Shown here in pieces: positions 27,401 through 41,869 of a stretch of DNA of 64,000 nucleotides. This DNA is from Leucoraja ocellata (Eukaryota): contig JAWMAR010000015.1 of NCBI GenBank assembly GCA_036785375.1, positions 6,696,001 through 6,760,000 on the forward strand. The letters are read 5' to 3'. The stretch's first letter is position 1. Every line of letters begins with the position of its first letter. The notes under the pieces were generated by a model. That model did no database searches and was not told where the DNA came from. It worked only from the letters and a program-made list of their open reading frames with translations. The position numbers were made by a program, and so were the translations under genes.

Positions 27401-30400
27401 TGCCATGGAAGGAGAGGATAATGGGAACACTCCACGTGTTCTGCGTAACTGGAGAGGGATTTGCGAGCAGCAGTGCAGGAAATGCTACAGGGAGTTGGTC
27501 AGCCATGGGACAGAGGGAGCCATTGATGAGCGGAAAATACACCTCTCAGAAGCAGTGGTGTGGAAAGAGATGTCAGAGTAGATGAGGCAGAGACAGAGAG
27601 ATCAGGAGACTGAAATGCAACTTAAGACCTTCATTGCTAACTTCCAGTCCTGATGAAAGGTTGTTAACCTGAAACGTTAAAGGGCCTGTCCCACCTACAC
27701 AACCTTTACAGGCAACTGCCGGCACCTGTCATAGGTCACCGACATTTTCAACATGTTGAAAATTCAGTGGCAACCAGAAAGACGCTACGACTCTTTGAAG
27801 ACCTCTCACGACCATAGGAGACCTCTCACGGCCATACATGCGACCCCTGGCGACATGTCGCAGGTGACCTCTCACGACCTTAGGAGACCTCTCTCGACCA
27901 TACCTGTATGGTCATGAGAGGTCTCCTATGGTCGTGAGAGGTCTCCAAAGAGTCGTAGCATCATTTTGGTTGCCACTGAATTTTCAACATGTTGAAAATT
28001 ACAGCGACCTATGACGGGTGCCGGCAGTCGCCTGTAAAGGTCGCGTAAGTGGGACAGGCCCTTAACGGCCTCTTGCTCCACAGATGTTGCCTGAGGTGCT
28101 GAGTATTGTGCCAATATTTTCTTTTTCTGGGATCTTCTGTCTCAGTAAGATCACCTCTTGTTCTTCTAAACTCCAAAGCGTGAGGGAATAGCCTATTTAA
28201 TCTTTATTTGTAACGTACTTGGGATCAACAAAGTGCACCGTACGTTGTCTCCAAGGCAAACACTTCCTTTCATAAGTAAGAAGACAAAGACAGGTGTCCA
28301 GTGACAAGGAAGCTGAAGGGGATGCGGTAATACATATTTGGGGAATTGAGGACCAGGATAAATGTTGGGACTTGATCGTGGGAGAATGACGGGACACAGC
28401 GACAAGGGAACAATGACAACAGGTGAGGACTGGTAGAGTGGAATGATGGTCATTGTTATCACAGAGGCTACGGAAACCAGGAGGACGATGTGCTCCCTGT
28501 GAGAATGAGGATCTAACCATGAGGTGAAAGGAATGGATGCAGTCACAGAGGGGTTGATATGCGTCCATAAAACGTGTGTTGGTGTCTCTTCAGCTGCAAG
28601 AAGAAGAATAAGAATCCACTGAGAAGTGGAACAAAGGGTATCTTTATTGGTCAGGTTCCAGGAATGTTTAATTGTCAGGATCCAGGTATGTTGGGGATCC
28701 AGTAAAGTGGATTGATGGGGCTCCACTAAGAAGAGGAGCAAAGTGCATCAAACAGTGAGAGCAGCATGACTCCAGAGACATGAGGAACAATGGGAATGCA
28801 CCGGACATGGAACCAAAGAGCTGTAGAGTGAGGAGAGAACAGGTAGCAGGGGATAGAGAGAGAATGAGCTGGATCAGGTAGAGGGAGAACAGGAGTAGAA
28901 TGGGGTTAAGGAGAACAAACTTGGAGAGGAGAGAGGAAGTGTGAATGGGGAGCAGGAGTAGCAAGAGCGGGAAATTGTGTTCAGAGGGATCGGGGCTTGA
29001 GGATGGAGTGAGCAATCGAGAAATATGAAAGGGGAAGCAAATGAAACAGAAGGAGGCTGGGAACAGGGAGTTGAGAAAGTAGGGGGAGGGAACAGGGAAC
29101 AACAATGGGAAGGAACGGAGCGCGAGAGCAAACGGGGAACTGGGAGCATTGAGAGTGAATAAGCTGGGAAATGGGAGCGGGGAAGCAAACAGGACACAGG
29201 GACCGGAGAGTGGACAGTGAAGGCCAAGTCATGAAATATATTCTAGTAGTATATTTTATAATGCCAGTAAGATCACTGGATATGGGGAGAAGGGATGAAG
29301 GCAAGAACAGGGCTACAAGTGGATGATCAGCCGTGAATATTGTCGATTCTGAGTCGTACAGTACAGAAGCAGGCTCTTTGGCCCAACTTGTCCATGCCGA
29401 CCAGATTTATAATTGTGCGAGTCCCATTTCACTGCCTTTGGCCCATATCCCACCCAACGTTCCAGGCATGTAGTTGTCCAAATGTCTTAAATGTCACCAT
29501 TATAGCTGCCTCTACAGCTTCCTCTTGGCAGCTCATTCCATGAATACACCACCTTCTACTCAAAGCTTCAGATCTCTTTTTTCCCCTTCACCTTAATCCA
29601 ATGATGTTAATTTTCCCCAGAGATGCTGCCTGACCCACTGAGTTACTCCAGCATTTTTTGGTCTATCTTTGGTGTAAACCAGCATCTGCAGTTCTTTTTT
29701 GTTACCTTTAGTTCTAGACTGTCTCTACCCTGGGAAAAAGACTATGACCATTCACCCTATCTATGCCCTTCATGATTTTATAAATCTCTGCAAGGTCACT
29801 CCACAGCCTCCTACGCTCCTTGGAAAAAAGTCAAGCCTGTCCAGTCCCACCTTATAACTCAGGCCTCCAGTCCTGTTAACATCCTGCAAAATCTGTTTTG
29901 CGTCCTTTCCAGCTTAACAATATCCTTCTTAGATAAGGACGACTGCACACAATACCCCAAATGTGGTCTCACCAATACCTTGAAGAGCAGGTTTGAAGTA
30001 ATGATGGACTACTGCCGCTGCTTCAGAGAGTGTGAGGGTGAGCAGGAAGCAGTAGGTGAGAGAAAACGGAGAAGAGATCAAACATCGAACATGGAAAGGG
30101 AAAATAAGCAGGGAACATAGAGGAGGAGGGGAGAGAGAAGGACAGTGAGGAGCGGGTGAATGATCGGGGGGGGGGGGGGGGTGAGCAGGGGAGAGAGAGA
30201 AGGGGAAAAGAATGAAACTAGAGAGTGGAGAGAAGGGTGTGGGAAAGGGATCAAGGAAAACAGGATGGGACAGCAAGAGGGAACAGTGAACAAAGAGTAA
30301 AAGAAAATGGGAGCAGGAAACGCAACCGGAACGGAGGAGGAGAAGAAATTGAGAGCAAGCGAGAGAGCAGGAAATGGCATGGGACGGAGGGAGCAGGGGA

Positions 30401-33400
30401 TGGGGGGGGGAGTGAAGGACGGAGAGGGAACAAGATCGGGAGCGAGGACAGGGAGCGAACCGGGGGAGGGAGCAGCGGAGGAACAGAGACCAGGGAACGT
30501 GGACCTGCAGACGGAACGATCGGGACGGAGGGAGCACGAGATGGAGGGTGCAGGTAGGGGGAGGGAATGGGACGGAACGAGCTGGGGACTGAGAGGGTGA
30601 ATGAGACGGAGGGAGCAGGGGGAGGGAACGGGACGGAGAGTGCAGTGGACCGGGAGGGAGTGGAGAACGGGGAGGGAACAGGGATAGGGAGCAAGTAGGG
30701 GACGGGGGGCAGGAGGCGAGGACAGACGGAGCAGGGATCAGAAATATAAAACAAGTGAGCAAGCAGGAAATGGAGAGGAGGTACTGAGCAATAAGCGGGA
30801 GTGGGAGAGGGAGGAGGCCGAGCAGAGAAGGAACGAGCCAGAAAGATTTCGGAGCAAGGCCAAGATGGGAGTGAGCAATGGAAAATCGAATGTTCATTGG
30901 TAGATTGCTTATCCTTTGGCAAGGGTTTCGTCCTAGAGCAGTGGATTTCTTTGGCTCCGGCATTTTCTTCCTCCATCATTTTTACTGGGTATTTTAGCAG
31001 GAGAGTTCTCTGTACAATGACATTACATTAATCTTACTTGTGAGCTTCTACAGTGCATGAACTCAAGGTGGTCTCAGCGCTCAATGAAACAATCATAATT
31101 CAGCCTTGCTTGACGTGAGTGGGGACATACTGAGAAAGGCGAGCGATGCAAGCATGCACCCGGTGTGGGAAACCTCCGGGTAATATCAGAGTGAAACAGA
31201 GAAGAGATAAAATAGAGACTTTCATTGATATCACGTGGCAGGCAGCTCAGAACATCCCAGTGCTATTTACACCCAGCAAAGTCTAGTCCATTTCTCTCAG
31301 GGTTGCAGCCTACTTGATTTCACTCCATTTCTGAGGAGTGGAGGATGCCAATGCGTGAATTCATTTTTAACGTCAGCAGCTCGTTACACAATTAATCACC
31401 ATGTTGTCTTGACAGAGAGAGGTCTGGGTCCTGTGGCAAGACGACAGGAATTTAAGCTATAGAACAGAAGCGCTGGACTAACTCAGCGGGTCAGGCAGCA
31501 TCTCTGGAGGACGTCGACAGCTGGCTGTGCTGTGTGCCCAGAACACTTGAACACAGAGGCACACTCTAAGCGCAGATAGACACACTCCGACTGCGCAAAC
31601 CCATATGAGAGCACAGAAGCGATCTTACTCACTACCCATTTCCAAAATAATGTAATGCTTGCAAGCCTTGCCTGTTCACTCCAAATCTCTAAAAGTAAAA
31701 CCACCAGTGGGAACACGCAGTGGACCAAGCAGCCTCTGTGGAGAGAAAAGGAAGAGTTATCTTTCCATCAGCTGCAGTTCTTTTTATTTTCACGCTCCCA
31801 CTAATAACCTTTTCCTAATTGCTTGATATCTAGTTCAGAAACCTGGATTGAGGGAAGCTTTATCAAGGATACTGGGCAGATTTATTTGCTCTTTAACATT
31901 GTGCCCTGAAAACTCTGTGGATGTCCTCATCTCCGACCAAATAGCACGGCCCCTGTCCTACACTGAAATGTCAATCTGATTTGTGGGATCTTCATCAACT
32001 GGGCTAATGGGCTGAGGAATGACCGATGGAGTTTAATTCAGATAAATATGAGGTGTTGCATTTTCGAAAGACAAAGCAGGGCAGGACTCGCACAGTAAAT
32101 GGTGGTGCCCTGGGGAGTGTTGTAGAACGTAGAGACCAATGAGTACATGGTCCCATGAAAGTGGTGAAACAGGCGGGTAGCCCTGACTCAAGAATGTTAA
32201 GTTTGCAGAGTGTCTCCATTCTGTTTACTCTAACTGTTAGTAGCTGCTTCAGGTACTGTGAGGACAGCAGTCCTGGACACGCCCACCGTTTATATTGGTG
32301 ATGGCAGGGTAGGTCATCAACCTCACAGCCCCAGGATCCAAACACACTGCGTTGCATTTACCCCTGTGGTGACCAGCGGGACAACACGGGGCCGGGCGAG
32401 TGAGGGGCAAGGTGTGGGCGATGGGGCTGAGACAGATGCAAGGTCGTGCATGGGGCAGAGGTGGCCAGCAGGAGTGTGGAACCAAAATCCACACGGCACC
32501 AGTGGCCAAGGTGGGTAAATGGGTGTCTACTCGTGTGATGTCAGTACAGAGTGTTTAATTGTCATATGCACGAGGCCCAGAACAATGAGCTCCTTACTTG
32601 CTGCAGCTTTACAGGTACACGATAAACGGTAAATTATCAGGCAAACCAGAGCGTGATAGTGCAAAACCAGAGTGCGTAGTGTTGATTCCCTGGTCAGTGT
32701 TGTGTGTTCCCTTGGGCTGGGCTGCCACAGTATTATGTTCCCTTCCCTGCCCCAGATCAGTCTTGAGCCGCTTCAGTTAGTTCCTCTGTTGTCCCATTCG
32801 ACTGTGCTCCCCGCTTCACCAATACTTCACCCACCCTCGCTGACAATCTTCTTTTCTCTCCCGTGACAGAGCCCTGGCAGGCAAAGCGTCTGCGCGGCAC
32901 TCCAGAGAGGATCGAGCTGGAGAACATCCGAGTGTCCCTGGAGCGGGAGGAAGATCTGCAGGAGGTGCCGGAGGAGACACTTGCTGAGCACAATCTGAGC
33001 AGCGCTTTGCACCAAACCAGCCAAGAGCCCGGCAGCAGGTCAGTGTCGGACAGGACGGCAGTCCTGGCAACCCCTGAGAAACAGACCCCTCGGTGTCGCA
33101 TCCTTGCATGGGCCAAATAAATCTCCCACCTTTCATCTAATCCAGACCCCCAATGTCTGGGCCTACCTCGTCAGCCTAGTGTTTGTCTACCTCCGTCTCG
33201 CAGTGTTGTACGTGTCTGATTACATTTGCTTTCTGGATGGTTGTGTCTAGTTTCTTTCCTGTGGTGTCTCGTATGCAACAGAAAATGCTGGCAATCCTCA
33301 GCGGGCCGGCCACCTCTGTGGGAAGAGAAACATAGTCAACGTTTCAGATCAAACACTTTCGTTAGAACTTGAAAAGTCCACACCTGAAATAAAATCTCTG

Positions 33401-36400
33401 TTTCTCTCTCCTTAGACACTGCCCCGACCTGCTGAGTGGGCCTGTCATTGTCTCCTCGTGCATGACCCTGCTTGGAGCCATATAGCACCGAAACGGGCCC
33501 TACTCTTCTGCCCAACTCATCCATGTCTAAGATGCCCATCTAAGCTAGTCTCACTTGCCTATGGTTGTCTCCTATCCATCTAAATCTTTCATAGAGTCGT
33601 AAAGTCGGACAGAATGGAAACAGGCCCATCGGCCCAGCTTGCCCACACCAACCAACATGTCGCATCTACACTAGTTGCACTTGCCTGCATTTGGCCCATA
33701 TCCCATTAAGCCCATCCTATTCCATGTAACTGTGTAAATGTTTCTTAAACGTTGTGATAGTACCTGCCTCAACTATCGGCTCTTGCAGCTCGTTCCATAT
33801 ACCCACTACCCTTTGTATAAAAAAAAGGTTACCCCTCAGGTTCCTAGTAAATCTTTCCCTCCTCACCTTAAACTTATGTCCTCTGGTTCTCGATTCTCCT
33901 ACTCTGGGCAAGAGACTCTGTGCGTTTACCTGATCTATTCCTCCCGCAATTTATTTTCTACCCATTTACCTGTCGAAATGGTTTTGCACTTTGTAATTGT
34001 ACCCGCATCAACCACATCCCTGGCAACTTGATCCACGTATCTATCACCTCATATGTGAAAACCTTGCTCCTCAGGTCCCCTTTAAATCTTTCACTTCTCA
34101 TCTTAAATCTATGCCGTCTAGTTTTAAACTTCCCCATGTATGCTCCTTGTGATTTTATAAACCAGTATAAGATTTATTTGGCAGGAATATCAGGCGGGGG
34201 ATGAGGATCAGATTTCTCATCCAGTGTGGGTGTGGGGGATAGGAACTCCACAACTGAAAGGATGAGACAGACCAAAACCCTCATCACATTTAAACAGAGG
34301 GAAGTTAATCGGGCTATGGGGGAATAAAAAAAATTGAGATTAATGCAAGCCGGTGCAGACTCGATGGACTTATTTCTGTACAGTGTCTCTCTATGACTAA
34401 AAAAGGCAGAAAATGCTGGAAACACACAGAAGGCCAGGCAGCATCTGTGGAGAAGAACAGAGAGTAAATATTTCAAGCCAAATTCCTTTGCCAGAACCTT
34501 TTGGATGTGAGCGTGGAGAGCTGCAATCTACATACAGTGCGTGGAGGTGGGATCAGGGTGAGGAACTCATTATTGATCGCCTTGCAAAGGATGGGCTTCA
34601 TTTTGTGCTGCGTATTTTCTACACAACTGTGATTTCAGCTGCTGGTCTTGCCCTGCCTATCACCCTGTTTCGTCCTGTGTATCGTGCCGGGCAGTGCTTA
34701 ATTTCCGTGCAGTCTCTGCCTCTGTTGCAATCTCTGTATGTCCGCTAATTTATCCACCCTACTATCACTGTTGGAGCCAGGGCACTGCTTACCAAGTGAC
34801 ATATCTGCATTCAGTTGCAGCAGCTCTGAGTACGAAATGGAGGAGGACGAGGAGGAGGAGGAGGAGGAGGAAGAAGATGAGGAGGACAAGGAGGATAAGA
34901 GGGATGAGGAAGATATGTTGTCTCCCTCAGTGGACGGAGTACCATGGAGAAAAGCAGCGGAGGCCCAGCAGTTGCTGAAGAAAAATTCAGAGGAAGACAG
35001 CGAGGCAGAGAGTGAGGATGAGGGACATTCACAATCGAGTTACGGTGAGTGACACTGTCCGACGTGCAGGAGCTTCCTTCTGAGGTGATTATCATTAGCC
35101 GAGGAAACTTTTGAACTAATTGTCTAAACCCTAGATCATTGCAGGGCGCTGCTCCCAGTCAAAGGCCAGTTGTCATCAGTCCTTTGGAGTCTACAAAGCC
35201 CTCGTAACTACTGAGCAAGTGGGGAGGCGAGTGGACTTGGCCTCCTTGAAGGGTGTCTAACGTAGAGCTGATCTCCAGAGGGCTCGCTGGAGAGAGGAAG
35301 CAGTGCATGGGGATGGATCTATTGGGAAGTCGACTATACGGGAAGGACCGAGTTCAGTGGGAGAGTTAAAATATTGTAGGTGCGGAGTTCAGGACAACAG
35401 TTAGTGTACTGGAGGCATTGAGCTCCAAGGGAGAGTTAATACACCAGGGATACATAGGAGTTGGAGATGTTAATGCACGGGATATATGGGGGGTCACAGG
35501 GAATAATGAACTAGGGATTTATAGGGAATGGGGGTCAATACACTGGAAACTAGTTATAACTAGTTATGTACGTGCAGCGGAAGTTAACAAACTGGAGATG
35601 TTTAATAAGGGCAGGGGGAGTTATTGCACCAGAAGGATCAGCTTAATTGATGTAGCAGAACCCAAATGATGTGAGTTGGGTTCAATGGGAGTTAATGTAA
35701 TGGATCATTGACCCCCTCGTGCCTGTTCTGCCGTTCACTGAGATCTTGACCCGAGTGCCACTCTCCTGCACCAACCCCATTTCCCTCGATTGTCTGAACA
35801 TCTAAATGTCTCTGTTTGAGCCCACGCAGTTACAGAGCCTCCACAACCTTCCTGTGTAGAAAATTCCAAACATTCCCACTTCCCTGGGTGAAGCATCATG
35901 TGTACCTTGTCTATCGATTCCCATGTGCTGTGTTCAATGCAGTTTATTGTCACGTGTACCGAGGTACAGTGAAAAGCTTTTTGTAACGTGCTAACCAGTC
36001 TGCAGAAAGACTATACATAATTACAATCGATCCATTTACAGTGTATATGATAAGGGAATAACGTTTAGTGCAAGGTAAAGCCAGCAAAGTCCGATCAAGG
36101 ATCATCAAAGAGGTAGATAGTAGTTCAGCACTTTTCTCTGGTTGTGTTAGGATGATTCAGTTGCCTGCTCCAAAATTTCTCAATTCTTTCTCACGTGTCG
36201 TTCCAGCCCTGAAAGGCTGATCCTTTATTTTAATATTTTAACCCGGCCTCTTGACACCACACCCAGAAGAAAGAGCATCAGCTCTGACAAACCCCACAAG
36301 AATTTTGTGTCATCAATGAGATCATCTCACTAAACTCGAGACAACAGGCCCGGTCCACAGTCTGCTTTGGCCTTTATTGTGAGACAGTATGAGCAGGAGT

Positions 36401-39400
36401 AAACTCCCTTACTGCAGATTATACATGGCTCTGGTGAGAACATACCTGGAGTATTGGGTCATTTTAGTCTCTTTACCGCAAGAACATAAAACAGTACAGC
36501 ACAGGAACAAGTCCTACAGCCCACCTTGTTGATGCCAATCACAATGCCAAATTAAACTAATCCCATCTGCCTGCACGATCCACATCCCTCTATTCCCTTC
36601 CTGTTCATAGGCTTCTTAAATGTCACTATGGTATCTTGATTAAACCACCACCACTGGCCATGCATTCCAGGCACCTTTGCTTAAAAAAACACATTCTCCA
36701 CACATCTCCTTTAAACTTTCTCCCTCTCAACTTAAAGTTATGCCCTCTAGTTTTTGACATTTCCACCCTGAGAAAAATATTTTGGTGAATACCGATCCAA
36801 AATACTCAGTTAGTTCTTCGCCCACCTCCTCTAAAGATCTTCTTACACCTGAAAAGTCAACAGATTGGTTCTTGTGATGGGGATTGGTTGTAGGAGGAAA
36901 GATTGGGTGCTCCCGTCTCCCCCAAGGACGAGTGGGATTAATTGTAAATTAATTGGCCTCTGTAATATTACCCCTGGTTTGTAGGGGGTGGATGAGAGAG
37001 TAGGATCAAGTAGAACTAGTGCGAACGGGTGATGGGTGGTCAGCGTGGACTTGATGGGCCAAAAGGCCTGTTTCCATACTGTATCTTTCAATCATTCAAT
37101 CAGTGTGGAATTCTTTGCCCTGGGGAGGTGTGGAGGCTTGCGGAGCTCATTTAAAGCCGATTGATACATTTCTGGAATTGAGGAGATATGAGGATGGAAC
37201 CAGGAAATGGAGGTAGAAGATCCTGATGAATGATAGAGCAGGTTGGGATGAATAGATTGCTTTTTTTTCTTTTCGTATTAACTCCCTCAGAGGACAAAAC
37301 CACATGCCATGAATCAATATGATGAATCTTATACTCACTTTCCTGAGGTAGGGAGACAATACCTTCACTCGGTGCCTGCCTCTTTGCTCTCCAGTGAAGA
37401 TAAGGCCTTGTGCTGGAGAGTTAATGCATGGGACGGAGATGGGAAAGTGGAAGTGGCAGTGGTTTGTTGGGCAGAGATCAGTGGGAGAGGCAGTGACTGG
37501 ACAAGTAACCCAGAGCCCTGGACTAACATTCCCACCAGAGGAACTGAGGAATTTAAATTCAGTTAGTATTCAGAATTAGAAATGACAACCACTCATCTGG
37601 TTTACCAATGTTCTTCTGGGCAAAGAATCCAGCTTCTAACCTGTCTAAATACAACAAAAACTCTGCAGCTAGGCAAAATCCCAGCTGCAGTTCTGAAGAT
37701 CTGCGTTCCAGAACTAGCGATGCCTCTGGCCAAGCGGTTCCACTACAGAGTGGAAAATTGCCCACGTGCGTCTGGCAGATTGTGAATTCTGTAGCCTCAC
37801 GCACACTCTTCCCTGCAATCATTGAGAATGGGGATATTCCCAGAGCTTCCTCGGCCTGTCAGCTGCTGAATTGTCCACCATTATCCGAGCTGTGTCGCTG
37901 GGTGTGAGATTGCTTTAGTTTAGTTTAGTTTAGTTTAGTTTAGAGATACAGCGAGGATATAGGCCCTTCAGCCCACCGAGTCCGTGCCAAACTCCAGCAA
38001 TTGCGTGCAGTTTTTGCTGTGCAACACAGACGATCCTGCCCTACAGTTTCCTCAGGCTGGCATCATCTGCAGCCTCTCGTGGTACTACGCCCTCCTTTAT
38101 GCCTCATGAACCAGGAAACATAGAAAATAGGTGCAGGAGTAGGCCATTCGGCCCTTTGAGACAGCATCGTCATTCAATATGATCATGTTACCCTGATCCT
38201 AATGGTACAGTCATATTTCCTTTCATATTTCCATAAAATAGAAGTGGGCCATTCAGCCTATCAAGTCAGTGCCAGCTCTTGGCACATTCCTAATCCCTCA
38301 CTGTTCTAATCCCACATTCCCACAAAATCCCCCAGATTCTATCCTTCACAAGGGCCAATGCTCAGCATCCAATTAACTTGCCAACTTGCACGAGTATGGG
38401 ACATGGGAGCACCCGGAGGAGACCCATCCAATCACAGGGAGAACATGCAAACTCCACACAGATAGCACCAGAAGTTGGGGATTGAAATGAGGTTGCTGGA
38501 GCTGTGAGGCAGTAGCTGTGCCACCGTGCTACCCAATGAGTTGCAGATTGTGGGAGCGTATTCTGCAGTAATCTGAGTCTTGGTGAAACCGCACCTGATC
38601 TCCTTACCGAAGAAACAATGTACATGCCAAAGAGGGAATGCAGTGTTTAGTTTAGTTTAGAGATGCAGCTCGGACAAAGGCCCGACCAGTGATCCCCGCA
38701 CACTTACATTATCCTACACAATAGGGGACAATTTACAATTATACCAAGCCAATTAACCTACAAACCTGTACGCCTTTGGAATGTGGGTTAAAGCGGAGAT
38801 CCTGGTGAAAACCCACGCAGGTCATGGGGAGAACGTACAAACTCCATACAGACAGCACCCGTGGTCAAGATCGAACCCGGGTCTCTGGCGCTGTAAGCGA
38901 GTAGCTTTACCGCGGCACCATCGTGCCATCCGGTGAAGTGAAGATTCATCAGATTACCTCCAAGGATGGTGGGACTGCCAGGTGGAGTGAGTCTGCATTC
39001 TCTAGAGTTTGGAGGAATGACTGGAGATCCCATTGAAATGCACAGATCAACAACAGGCTAGACACAGGGAGGATGATTCCCTGAACGAGGAGTCCAGGAC
39101 TAGGGAACACTCAGAATATGGATGAGAACTGGGAATCGGACTGAGATTCTTTGTGCCCCTGGTGACAAACACATGGAATTCTCTACCCCAGAGTGCGGTG
39201 TAGGTTCAGTCATGGAATCCATTCAAAAAAGTTTGATCAATGTTTGGATATTAAAGGAACCATGGCTCACTGGGGGAGAACAGTAAAATGGGGCTGAGCT
39301 GATGAACAACAATCTTGTTGAATGGCAGCACAGGCATGAAGGAGCTGGAGTAGCCATGGGCCCTAGTTCGTACGTCTGAGTATATCACTCCACCCTGGTG

Positions 39401-40810
39401 ATTGCGAAGGAATGCCAAGTGGTTACAGTCAGGCAGAGTTGGGAGTTTGGAAATTGATAGAATTCTGGAGATTTTTTGTGGGTTTCTGTGGGTCTGCTGA
39501 GGTTTTGGTGAGAATGTTGAGAAATTCCTTCCTTTTATTTTTAAATCTGTTATTATTGGCAAGAAAGGTGGTGTGAGCTTCACTGCTCCCCCACACCCGC
39601 CCTCCTGGCGCTGTGACTGTCAATTTGTCCTCAATCAGCATTAACTGGCAAGTAGGCTTAAGGTGTGGTGAGGCGGTGTCTGTTTCTGGATCCTGGAGGT
39701 TCTCTTTCATTTCCTGAAGTGGTGAGAATTGCCTGTTTGATCGAGTGTGAGGTTTCTAGTCTTAAGAATGGACAAGTAATTGGGTGGGCAGGGTGGCGAG
39801 GGGGTAGGGGTGCGATTCATCAAATATGGGATAGAATGGCAACTTAAAGGTACAATTCCCATCACTGATGACCTAAAGAATAAAGAGGCTCTGAGGTATT
39901 GCAGTGCCTCCCTGCAGTCTTGGTGCAGGCCTGTGGAAGGTGAAGTGGCTGCAGGCCTCTATCATATCCGGGATCTCTCAGGATCCAATCTTGGATGATC
40001 CATGGGATGCAATCACTACATCTCGCGCTACTCCATCGGCTTGCTCAGCATCAGGTCTGTCATTGGCTGCACCTTGCACCAGGAAGCCCACTGAACTGGG
40101 TGAGAGTTGTGAGCAGGAGCACACCAAGAATTATTCAGCTATGTTCATTACTCCACACTCGCCCACCCTCCACCCCACAGCCTCAGACAGCACTGGTAAC
40201 AGCCGATCCTGTCCTAGCAGCAGAAATAGGCACCAAAGACCAACTAGCAGTGGTCTGGTGGGGCAGAGATAAAGATGTTAATCTTACCTAGGCTCCTCGG
40301 TCATCCTGGCCTTGGTCACTGCAGCCATCACAGCCCAGCAGAAGCAAGGGGGCAAAGATAAACCCTGCCCTGAGGCTTTAGCTCTGCTCCCAGTTGAGAA
40401 CTCCCTCCCCCCTCGCCAAGGATGCCTGTATAAGATTACCTCTCTAAACATCAACCAGACTGGCCTCTCTGAATTTCCTGCACTAACTGTACTTCATGTT
40501 TTCCTTTACCCCACTCTGTGCGTGTGTGTATGTGTGTGTTTGTTTGTCTGTCTGTGACTATTTATTTATCCATCTGTGTGTGGGACTGTATATGTGTGTG
40601 CGTCTATGGCCATATACATGTGTGGGGATATGGATGGGATTTCACTTGTATGTGCATGTATGTACATTTCTGTCTAAATGTTTTTTTAATGTCTGTGTGT
40701 TTGTGTGTGTCTCATGGCTGTGGATCAATGTATGTCTGTCTGTGTGACTATATCTTTGTATGCAACTATGACGGTATAAATCTGTGGAACTGCACATGTA
40801 TATGCCTGTG

Positions 40811-40870
<60 letters not shown>

Positions 40871-41620
40871 TCCTCTTCCTCCCTCCTTCTCTCTCTCTGA
40901 AGAGGGCGAGTACTGCCCCTGGGAGAAGGAGCTCCAGTTTGGGCTCTGGGTCCATCAGCTGTCTGATGAAGAGGACAACCATGTGTTCAGAGGTATCTGC
41001 TTTGCTTCTCTGCAAGTACAGAGCTCAACAGCACTAATCAGATACAACCCACCCCTTTAAAGCGGGCACCAGCTGCTTTGTGATTGCACGGGCAGAGGCT
41101 GGAGCTCACAATTGGTGGCAGCCGGAACAAAAAATTCAGTTCAAAGCGACGGGGATTGGGAGAGGAAGGTGTGGTCAAGACAATGCTTTTTACAGTCAGA
41201 GGGACAGGTCTTGTGTGCAGACTCCCCATTTATGATGGGAATGCATGCAGGGAATGCCCGGCAAATACTATCATCCACACAGAACTGTCACGCTGTACTG
41301 CATGTACTGTCCACTCTAACGCTCCACTTACGACATCACAGTGTGATCACCAACACTAGGGATCGGGGCACTGGCAATGGGAGCAATCCGTCACGAGGCA
41401 TGGACCGTCACAGAGTTGCTATCTCAGCCCAGAGGGAGAATCTCCCTCAAACTGACATTGCTTAGCGTTTTGCCCGCATTGTTGGCACACACTCACCACC
41501 CTGGGAAGCCCTGGCACACACACACTCATGACCCTGGGCTATCCTGATTCTCTTTCTCTTTCCCTCTCCCTCCCTCCCCCCCTCCCCCTCCCTCTCCCTC
41601 TCCCTCATTCTCTCTCTTTT

Positions 41621-41654
<34 letters not shown>

Positions 41655-41779
41655 CCGGGCTGTTCTCTCTCTCTCACACGCATGCACGCACACTCACTCA
41701 CGACCCTGGGCTGTTCTCTCTCTCTCTCTCTCTCTCGGTCTCACACGCACGTAGACTCACTCACGACTCTGGGCTGTCC

Positions 41780-41869
<90 letters not shown>

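Noticed and set aside
29929-30979. Long minus-strand ORFs (344 aa and 242 aa)
   Set aside because: They translate a purine/pyrimidine-biased low-complexity tract that lacks stops by composition. No domain is recognisable.
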